DNA from: Yuukianura sp. NJ FZ-2021
Lineage: Eukaryota
Length of the DNA: 64,000 nt
NCBI GenBank assembly: GCA_046563655.1
Contig: CM102285.1
Coordinates: 1,798,001-1,862,000 of the forward strand
Direction: 5' to 3'
The notes beneath the pieces were generated by a model. It did not search any database and had not been told where the DNA came from. It worked only from the letters and a program-made list of their open reading frames with translations. Made by a program: the position numbers and the translations under genes. Shown here piece after piece: positions 51,701 through 61,484 of this stretch (position 1 is its first letter; the number at the start of each line of letters is the position of its first letter).

Positions 51701-53840
51701 TTTCACTTGCAGGGTTTTTTTTTTTTCAGTTAATTTCAGTTTTTTTTTCACTTTTCACTGAAAAGTGAAATATTTAACTTCTAACACTGTGCAAAAATAG
51801 CCGTATTGCTTCCGCAAGATTAGTCGAGTAATTGGGAATTCATACGAAAAATTGTACAAAGGCTCTGCTTACTGCTTACCGATTTGCAACTTGAATTTCT
51901 CTGCGAACGTTTGGATCCATTTCGTTATTTTCGCGCACTTCTTGCTCAGTCAAGTTATCTTCAAATCCGGAGAAGCTCTCTTGGTCAAAGTAATCCTTCA
52001 CTGTAAGTACAAATGTTAGCACTGCGACTTCCTTGTTACATCAATTAATGAGTTACAGCGTCTTTCGACAACTACAAACTTACCATTTTGATCACACAGC
52101 AAGTGGTATTCACGAAGATGAAGCCAATGCTCAACTAGGCTTTTCACACTTCTCCATTTGAGGAACACCAAAGCGTTTTCTTTCAAAATCTTTTCCATCA
52201 CGGGCTTCACTGTTTTGGGGTCATGTGTCTGGAATTAAAAAAAATTATGAAGCATCACTGCTCTAAAACTAACAAAATTAAAAACATAAAACCGTAATGT
52301 ATTACAAAAACATAATCAGTACATAATGCATTCAGAAACATAAGCAACTAAGATAACTCACGCTTCGAACTGTCTTTAGAATGCGATCTTCTTCTGGACT
52401 GAACAGTGCATTTTCGTATATGGTTGCTACGACACGAGGATGTAAGTTTTGAATTGAATTGATGGAGACTTTGGCTATGGCTTTGTTGTATAGCAATCCT
52501 GCCCAACGTCGTTCGATGTTCTCCAACGTAAACTTGCAAGAAAATCGTACACCTCGATGAACCAATTCCAAATCGTTGATCTATAAAAATCAAGAATCGG
52601 ATAGTACAAGTACTTGAGTCGGCTTAAAGAATAAGAAATGTATATTTCAATTACAATTAATCGAATAGTTATATACCTGTTGGACATTCACAATAAGTCG
52701 GAGGTCATCTGTGGGTCTCCATTTTCCCGCCAATTCGTGGTCGTAGTTCATTCTCCATCCGTCGCCTGAGTTTGACCTTCCATGAGGCCTGGTTCCTCTG
52801 TAGCTCGGTCGTTTGTCCAACGTAAATCGCTTCTTCCTTATATATCTGCGCTTGCCTGTTGAAGGATCGATATTCGGAAAACGATCTGGACCTCGCTCTC
52901 CGCGCTTCCGTTTCACTTGCTTTCCAGTAGTTGTGCCTTTAGCTGAAGGCATTCCTTTGCCAGCGTACGGACTTTGAGCTTGTGCCGCTTGGCTTTCATT
53001 GGCCATAAAAGCTGCAGGTTTCCCGCGAGAAAATACATGTAACTTGTCATCTTCATTTACAGAACGAGCTGGTTCATTGCTATTGACCGTGTTATTATCA
53101 TTGGACTGTGATGAAGATGTGCCGATTGGCGGAAAAACGAACGGGTTGGAGCCAGTTGAAGAGGTCAAGGAATCAATTGGGACCACTGTAGAAATACTCC
53201 TGTCGGCAGAAAGTGTCACCGAGAGGGCATGCGATGGATCCAGGGCTAGAGGACTAATTGGAGGAAAACTTGATCTGTGTATACCGTTTCCACTGGGAAC
53301 GTTGATCTGAACGTGAGGACCTTGTTGTGGAGTGAGAAGGACGTTGACTTTGTTATTGGACAAACTCATCCGTTTGTAAGGCTCTCCTCTTCGATCTCGT
53401 GAGCTTTTTTTGTGCAATCGTCGGAAAGGAACTGAAAATGACCGACGAAGTTCGGGAGGAAAACCGAGCGAAGAAGGAAGAGATTCCATTTCCATTGAAC
53501 TTTGAGACTGACATACTGAAGGTGATGTTGAAGTTCCACTGGATCCTTGAGGAGATGCCACGACGTAAGTGGAAGACCCTGTGCTGTTTGTCCTTGTTCG
53601 TCGAATAAGGAGAGTAGATGCTGGAGGCGGTGTTAGAAATCCGTCATTATCTTTTACCCCTCCTGAAGCTGATGTTGATGGCGGGGTTAAGGAAGATGAA
53701 CATGGATCTGCATCTACACGGGAGGATGAGGAAGGACCCGGATCAGATGATGATCCAAAATTATTGTCATTGTCTTCTGTATGACCAGTTCCGTTCTCCG
53801 TATCTACAGCAGCAGCTGATTGGCAGCCACTGTTTTCCAT
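48785..53840 (-). CDS. MCRS1: Microspherule protein 1 (MCRS_N plus FHA domain), 7 coding exons, ~860 aa
   Basis: Exons 52677-53840, 52362-52580, 52084-52228, 51880-52000, 49816-49972, 49515-49733 and 48785-49342, total 2583 nt in frame. Motifs WRPTDDLRLIVNVQQ, VHRGVRFSCKFTL..IERRW..LLY, IRTLEEEVSRWQVL, LRGKQVRYLMRSREITLGR, DLSMEGSAYKVSRRQA and LRFVFLIN. The start codon is the least certain part. Confidence 0.9.
50015..51789. mobile_element. Non-autonomous hAT-like element in an MCRS1 intron, carrying a minisatellite
   Basis: Termini CAGTGTT...AACACTG. The 8-bp flanks TGTAAAAA (50007-14) and TGCAAAAA (51790-97) match at 7/8, consistent with a TSD. Subterminal AACTGAAA/TTTCAGTT motifs occur at both ends, with a ~70-80 bp block repeated at ~50050 and ~51605. 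Confidence 0.7.
50206..51430. repeat. 11-bp minisatellite (CCACAACATAC / CAACAACATAC variants), ~110 copies
   Basis: Directly visible tandem array. It produces the spurious TTYPQHTNNIP and VVGMLLVCCGY ORFs. Confidence 0.97.
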
Positions 53841-54310
53841 ACTAGCGTAGTATATTGATCTAAACGAGAAAGATGGAAACAAAAACAAATTAAAAAACAG
53901 ATAGAGCAGCCCGTCACAACAAATTAACTTAATTCTTTACAAGGTAAGAAGCACAAAGGAAGCTTACTTTACCGTACAATGCCAGGATACTCCTCTCCCG
54001 GTAAGGGCAAAGGTTCATCCACGTCTTTTGGGTTAGTTGAAACGTTAGTAATTATAGAACGATGAAGATAAAATCAAAAACGATTTGCTACCTAAAAATC
54101 TAATAAAAGTTAATTTTTTCTGTTGTCCTTTTAACTCCTTTAATTTCTGCGTGCAACCTACACGGTAAATAAAAAGTCAATGGAGGGATTAGAAAGAAAA
54201 CTTGGTTTCATTAAGGTTAATGCATACAATTGTGTCCAAGACTATGGGGGGAGTTTTAGCTGATTAATAATGTCAGGAATTCTTCCACCTTAGGAATTAG
54301 GAATTGGGCT

Positions 54311-54580
54311 ATTCCTAATGCAGAAAATCTTGACGTTTAATTCCTAATGCAGAGATTCTAACGTATAATTTCTAATGCAGAAAATCCTGACGTGATTTCT
54401 TCTTGATGAAATCTAGCTAGAAATAATACCTAAAATTTCTTCTTGATGAATGTTGACTTTTGACTTGAAATTTTAACTTGGTGCGAACTTCTTAATTCTC
54501 AGCAGGAGCCTCTAAAAGTTTGACTTGGTGACCAAATTCTAATTCTCGGGAGGCGGAGGCTCTAAAATTTTGACTTAGTT
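54311..54580. repeat. Short tandem duplications between the divergent MCRS1 and zinc-finger genes
   Basis: ATTCCTAATGCAGAAAATCTTGACGT-type 28-29-bp unit x3 (54311-54393), TTTCTTCTTGATGAA x2, and AATTCTC..AGG..CTCTAAAA.TTTGACTT x2. Confidence 0.7.
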
Positions 54581-55500
54581 ACATTTTACATTGTGCGAGT
54601 ACGACAAGGTTTGTGAAGTCGCGCATCAACCATCAATTGTTTAGAAATACATCGCTTGGAGGCGCCTAGGTTCAAAAAGTTGTTTTGGAATTTGAGGCAC
54701 TTTTCCTATAGAGTATAGACAACGGTGTGTAAACAGCGTAAGCAAAATACTTTATACGTATAGAAGTCAGTCAGTATGCTCTAAAAGACTTCAGAGACGG
54801 AAGAAATTAACCGATAGGCGATAGACGGGATCTCGTTCATTTCATTGTTTTGTTTGTGAATCTAACTTGAGGTGATTGTAAATCGTTTCAGAGATTCTGA
54901 ATCTATCACTGCAAGTGAGAAATTTCGTCCGCTGCAGCATTACTTATTATTTTTAAAGGTAATCAAAATTATATTTACGATGTACTTTTCAATTTAACAA
55001 TCGACTTTAATAATGTGTGCGCACCATAATGTTAGTTTTCCTACTCAGTCCTTCGCCTTGTGTTGTTTGTTGTGGGAAGTGGGACGTTCGACTCGTATTT
55101 GCTAAATTATCGAATGAGTAATTAATTATCTTTGACACGTTTAGTCTTCTCTTTTACACCTTCCTAAAAAACCGAGTTCATTTTCTAATTTCTGCTTGAT
55201 TTTCACAGATTCCGGGTTTCGATACAAAGATTTGTCAAGCAAACCACCAACATACACTTCTGCCGCTGATTGATTGATTAAGCGCTTCCTGGTTGGGGAA
55301 AGCAACAGCTGGGCGGTGTTGCAGTTTTGAGCGTTGTTTTTTCTTGTTGCAAGTATTCGCAAATCAAAAATCGGAGAAAACGTAAGAAATTAAATGAAAG
55401 ATATGAGTAACTTTATCTTTACAAAAATGAAAGTATTAAATTCATTTTCTAAAGGTATGGATTCGGCATGACGCAGGACTCCTGAGCAAAAAGAGATCAG

Positions 55501-58500
55501 ATGTCGCCAACTACGGACGCTGCAGTTGAACGTACCCCGTGTCCAGTTTGTCACCGTCATGTTACCGGATCCTTCCCCAATCATTTACAAACACATTCAA
55601 AGCAAGATTTAATCTATGCCATCATCAACCAGTACAACACTGTGGGTGTATCCCCAGTAAAACCCGGGTCCCATAGTAAGAGGTCCTCACATGGCAGTGG
55701 GGGTTCGCACCAAAGAGCTCGGAACTCTACATCATCCGCTTCTAAGAAGACGGCTAATAATGAACGTACTAAACACGATCTACATCCGGAGCAGCTCGAG
55801 GAACCTGAGGAAAATAAGTTGCAGGGAGTGTCGTTGGCTCCTGAAGCTTCGGAGTTGCGAATTCCATTAACAGACCTTTCTTCCACGGAAGAACCAATAA
55901 CACAGCCGCTGTTTCTGGAGCTAGAAATTCCTGAGTATGGAGCTAATGAGGAGGCGGAGTCAACCGAAGTTATGCCAATCCAATGTTGCTCGTATATATC
56001 AGATCCAGGACCGGAACACAATCCGGATGAACCAAACCCACAATTTGAGACTTTGTATCCAATTGATCAGCCGGAAGAGACTACCGTTCCATCTACTTCT
56101 GGTTCACATTCGGATTTTATTCAGTACATTATCGAAGCTGTAAGTCACGTTTTCTAATACTTTACTTTTTCGACTCATAAGTAAAAATCTAACTCTAATT
56201 GCATATTTTGTGTCGAATGTAGCCAATGTCTGGAAACCACGGAAATCAACAATTGGCTGAATGGATTTTGCCAGACGGTCGCTCGATTCCGGTGTACTCT
56301 ACATTGGCACCAGACGCACCTTTAGGTGGACCAGTAGAAGAGGATCCGTTGTCCATGGATGCGGAATCTTCTCATTCTCAAGCAACAATCTTACGCTCTC
56401 GTTCAACTACGCAGCAACATGAGTTTGATTTAATGACTGATGAAGAGATACCACCGAGAGGAGTAATTTCGGAGTTTGAGGAGAGCAACACTTCGTCTCA
56501 ACAATCTGATGAACTGGTAAGTCCTGTTCGTCTTTTCCTCTTTTCCAAGTCAAACTTTCTCATACTTACCAATTTAACTTTGTTCCGCCATTTTTTCAGA
56601 ACAAACCTGCTATAAGCATTGGCCCCACTCTTGGAAGTTTGTTCACGAATGTTCGACGTTTACCATCAACAGTTGTTTCTAAAAAGAACAAGAAGAAGAG
56701 GAAGAGGGCTTCAGCTACTGTCGAGGAGACAGTTGAAACAAAAAGTTTAGAACTTGGCGACACTCTGATTTCAGTTACCACCATCCACTCAACAGCTGAC
56801 TCTCAATCACATTCATCTTTTGTTCCTGAATTGGTCACGTCGGATACTGAAGCGAACCAACACAAGTGCCCGGAGGCGAACTGCTCACAGGTAGTGTTTC
56901 CGAAACTTCGGTCAATTAACTATCTTCATTATAGCCACACATTGTTGCCACTTTGTATCGCTGCAATAAGCACTACACCTAGTGGCAACATTTGTAACCG
57001 TTCAAACCTAAAGAGGCAATAAAATGTAGCCCACAGAGTAGCCGAATTGTGGCTGCAATGACGATCGTTAAACCTTACTCCAATCGAAACTTCTGACTTC
57101 CACTGTCATCTTTGTGCTCTTGTTACTTGCTTTTGTGAATAACTAACATACTAATATTATGCGTTACTCTGTACAGGTTGGAAGCATTTTCGAACTGGCA
57201 CAACATCAGGAGAGAGTTCATCAGAAAAAGTACAAGATAAAGAAAGAAAAAGAAACCTCTAGTCGAGCGAATTCAAATAGTAGAGCGGCAGCTCTTCTAG
57301 AAGACCGAAAACCTACGCTAACAAAGACAGGGAAAGTTAAAGTTCGAGTTCGGAAGGTCATAAACCATACCAGAGGCAGTGCGTTCCAGTGTCCATACTG
57401 CCAGTTCTACTCTGTTCACTTGAAAATACTACATGGACACATCAAGGCCAATCATCCAGGACAACCTCTCAAACCTCAAGAACATGAATGTATAATCTGT
57501 GGAAAAATATTTCAAAAGAAAATGAACCTTCGGAAGCACGCCCTCATTCACGGGTGAGCAATTTAACAAATACTGAACACAAACTACTGTTTAAAATCTG
57601 TGCTCACGAAGGTTTGATTTTTAGCGGCAAGAACTACAAATGTGACTGTGGCAAAGCGTTTACGTCGGGTTTTAAACTGATGGAGCACAGTCGGGTCCAT
57701 ACGAAACATTATCCATTTCCATGTAGTCAGTGTGATCGAAATTTTCGAACTCCGAGCTTACTAAAGGCCCATTTGGTAAGTTGACTAGTTCTTTTTCAAA
57801 CGTTTTGTCAACTTTTTAAAACGTGTTTTCAAAAATTTTTGAATTTTTTAGTACATTCAACAACTTTTTCTTTTTATTTTAAGGCCCGTACCCACCCAGT
57901 GCCAGGTACTCCGGCGCCGGAACCTCGAATAAAACCGGAATACTTTTGTTCATTGTGCTCTCGAGTGTTGCGTTCCAAGCGAAGTTACGCCAAGCATATT
58001 GAACTTCATACTGAACCATCTCAAAAGTGCCCAACGTGTCATGAAGTTTTTCCTAAAAGTGCACTCCTAACTCGTCACATTCGCATTGTACATGATCCAA
58101 CATACGAAACGAAAGAGTCTAAAGTAAGACCTGGACAATCTACAATATCCAACCAATCGACGTTACACGAAGTATTTGTATTAACTAAGTTTCATGATTA
58201 ACAGGACTGCCCAATTTGCTCGAAGAAGCTTCATCCCAACTCAATGAAGTCTCATATGAGGATCCACGATAATTCGAAACCATTTTCCTGTTCAGTTTGC
58301 AACAAAACGTTTCGGACTTCGGCCAACTTGACATCACATTCCTGGAGTCACTCAAGCGCAGAGAAGCCCTTCAAGTGCTCACAGTGTCCCAAATCTTATC
58401 TTTTCAAGAAATGCTTAGAAGTAAAAAACTAGATGTAATTTTTCTCAATGAACTTACATTTGATAGGCTATGATCAAGTATTCTAATATTTTTTTTTTAT

Positions 58501-58925
58501 TTCTAGGTTCATCTCATTGTTCACAAGAACCGTCGTTTTCATTTTGTGTGTAACGAGTGTGGAATGAAGTTCACAAGCAAAGTCAACTTGAAGAGACATT
58601 CACAGGAACATTTTTCAGAGAAAAAGTACAAGTGTAGTATATGCCCCAAAAAGTTTCATAGGAAGTACTATTTAGTGGAACATGAGAGAGTGCACTCGGG
58701 AACGAAACCGTATCACTGTTCAGTTTGTGGTAAACTATCTACGACGAGGAGCAACCATCGAGCACGTAAGATGAATTCAGCTTATTAGCGTAGAACCTAA
58801 TTTCACAACTTTAGTAAAAACTTAACTATGCATCGCGAAATACCAAGATTACTTACTGGTTTGATTTGATTTTTGTAGATGTGAAGATACACGATGCCAG
58901 GGAATCTGGAACACAAGAAGTCTGA
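55501..58925 (+). CDS. Multi-C2H2 zinc finger protein (~14 fingers), 9 coding exons
   Basis: Exons 55501-56139, 56223-56516, 56600-56890, 57177-57553, 57625-57775, 57884-58123, 58205-58420, 58507-58765 and 58879-58925, all GT-AG with compatible phases. Fingers are completed across junctions, e.g. CSQCPKSYLFKKCLE|VHLIVH and CSICPKKFHRKYYLVEHERVHSGTKPY. Confidence 0.88.
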
Positions 58926-59823
58926 ACGTTTCGCACATCGCTTGACTCAAAAGTAATTTTTGACCCTGATGCAATGAATACAACTGCAATATTAATGTTA
59001 GATGTTGCTCACCCACACTACACAAACGAATATTATAAATCGGGTTCAAAGTTTAAGCGGGCCATCAATCCTATGACTGCGACTGAGGCGTTGAGTACCA
59101 TAGATGGGTTTCGAAGAACGTTTTATTGTTGTTTATGTTTGAACGAGTTTCAACTGGCGGAAGTTTGTTTGGTGGATTTAGTGTTTAGGATATGTTAGTA
59201 GAAGTGCCGAATTCTGTTTAAACATTACTTTTTACTTTGTTTTATTATTGGCAAGCAATTGCAATGTTTTGCGTTTTCAAATTAAAAAGAGGTATGAAAG
59301 TTACCCGTCTTTTTTGAATTTCTAAAGTAAAAATCTTTGCAACGTTCAACTCGAGTCGTTAATTCGCTGGAAGATGAATTCCGTGGATTAAATCAATTTT
59401 CCTTGCCACAGTTGCAATGTTACTTGTGGGAATTTTGTGTTTTTGTAAGTATTTCGTGTTTTTTCGACGGTTAAATTAAGTGTTATGATTTTTTTTTTAT
59501 CTTGTTAGCTGTGGTAGGCGACCTACAACTCCCATGTTGGTCCATTTTTGTTAAAGTTCAAAACTTATTTCGAAATTATTGTTGGTCAAATAAATCTACG
59601 GTTCACATTTAAAACAAAACAAAGCTCACGATTTGGATGTGAAGCCGTTCGGAGGAATCCGGAATTCGAATGTCTCGAAGTGACATAATGCCGACAGTCA
59701 CTTGAAGATTCGCGGTAAGAAATATTATCAAAATTGAAACCTTTAAAAAATGAAATCGATTTTGCCTTTGCCAAAAGGTAATTTTTTGTTTTTATTTGCA
59801 GTGACCTTTGAACTGGAAGACTT

Positions 59824-60714
59824 TCAATCATCCTTTGGTTTAAAATCTTTTGAATTTCCAAACAAAGCGTATCCAGGCGCATGTGTCGGCATTCTATCAA
59901 AATTGGCAAAGAATTCCTTGACTCCTTTGAGCTCCTCGACTCTCTTCATGTAAGCGACGAGTGTTGGAAACGCATTGAAGTGCTTGGGATTGAACAAGAT
60001 GCGATGAAAGTCCAGGACGTCGTAGAGCCAGAAGTCGGCATAAGTCAAGCGACTTCCAGCCACCCAGTTATCAGTGCCCAAAAACTTCGCTACACGTTCC
60101 AGTCTTTCTGGAATGGACTTGAGATACTCCTTACGGGAAATCTCATGTACTTCGGCTTTGTTAGCAACTGATTCCGGAACGTAAGCGACGCGGTTTATGG
60201 CTGTTCTCATGTCAGCAGCTTGTTCTACGATGAGCGACACGCGCAGTTCCTCTGTCTCGTTCTTGGCGTCCAGATCATACTTCCGAGCCAAGTACGAGAT
60301 GATGGTCTTAGTCTGAAACCAAATTTTTAAAAGTTGAAAAAAAGTCTCATTTTTCTCAAAATTTCAAAATTTGTTTTTTTTATGTTGGGCTCACTGACCT
60401 GGGTCAAGCTAACTTTGCCGTCAATGTAGTACGGGAGATTTGGAAAATCGAGTGTTTCCCCTAACTGAACTTTGTCTTCGGTGTACCACTCTTTGTATTC
60501 TGCAAGTTTGTACTCCTTGTATTCGTAACGTACGTCAGCGTAGCTAAGCAACATGCGAATTGGAGTGACAATCCCTCTCACATCCCAGTACCTTAAAGTT
60601 TTAAAATCAACATTTTTTTTTAACAAATTTTTGAAACATTTAGAAATAAAAGCAGTTTGACATTTTTTTTACATTGAGAGTGTTGGGAATAACTTACGCA
60701 AGAATTGGAGCCAT
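59824..60714 (-). CDS. Glutathione S-transferase, Mu-class-like, 3 exons, 232 aa
   Basis: Exons 60698-60714, 60399-60591 and 59824-60312 (699 nt). N-terminus MAPILAYWDVRG with the catalytic Tyr, plus LDFPNLPYYIDG, LTQ and FLG...WVAG..LTYADFWLYDVLD. Confidence 0.92.
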
Positions 60715-60789
60715 ATCGACTTGTGCTTTGACGGTTACCCGAAGCAGTTCCAGTTGGAAGAGTCAAATCTGTACTAGTCCACTTCCAAA

Positions 60790-60795
60790 TTTATA
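60790..60795 (-). promoter_or_regulatory. Putative TATA box of the GST gene
   Basis: TATAAA on the minus strand ~76 bp upstream of the GST ATG. Support is positional only. Confidence 0.4.
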
Positions 60796-61350
60796 TTTTC
60801 AAAAAAAAATTCAAAAAAAAATCAATTTTGGAACTGTGTGATAAGTACCAGTGTGAATGACTCGACATTTCCCTTGATACAAACTCTTTATCATGAGTGT
60901 CACTCCAGAAAAGCTTTGGAAGTTAACGCGTGATGGTCAAAAACGTCACTTCAACCACAGAAAAATTCAAGGGCAAACGTTTTTTGTCGAATTTAACTTA
61001 ATAAGAATCAAGGCCAAATTTTATAACAACAAAAAACACTTCACTTTTCCTTTCATTTTTGAATCATTTGACGGCTCAGCACAAAAAAAAAGCCTGGAAC
61101 AAAATCATGTCCACTTCAAAAAACGTATGAAAGACGACTTTTATTTTGTCTGAAAACAGGATTGCACTTGTTTCCAAAAAATGATGTGGAATTTGTGGAC
61201 AAAATTATTTTCGCTAAAGTCTTGTCGCTTACGAACATTTTAGTATTGCACTATGTTTAGTCATGATTTATGAACAGACATGCCAAAAATATTTACTAAA
61301 AACCCGCGAAATATATGTAAATAAATACAATATTTACTGAAAAATCTCAC

Positions 61351-61420
61351 AATATTTACAAACTTAACATTAAGGCCATGGGCAAATAAATAAATATTTA
61401 GTAACAAAAGACGCTAAATA
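61351..61420 (+). repeat. Dispersed ~70-bp repeat, copy 2
   Basis: AATATTTAC...TTAACATTAAGGCCATGGGCAAATAAATAAATATTTAGTAA, matching 25268-25337. Confidence 0.75.
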
Positions 61421-61484
61421 GTTGTGGTTACAATGTTTTGTAACAACTTTAAATTTTTGTTTGTGCATTTTGTGTCAATGAATT

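Noticed and set aside
48810-56021. Antisense ORFs over MCRS1 and zinc-finger exons (e.g. 48810-49193, 52999-53310, 55614-56021)
   Set aside because: Shadow frames of real coding exons on the opposite strand.
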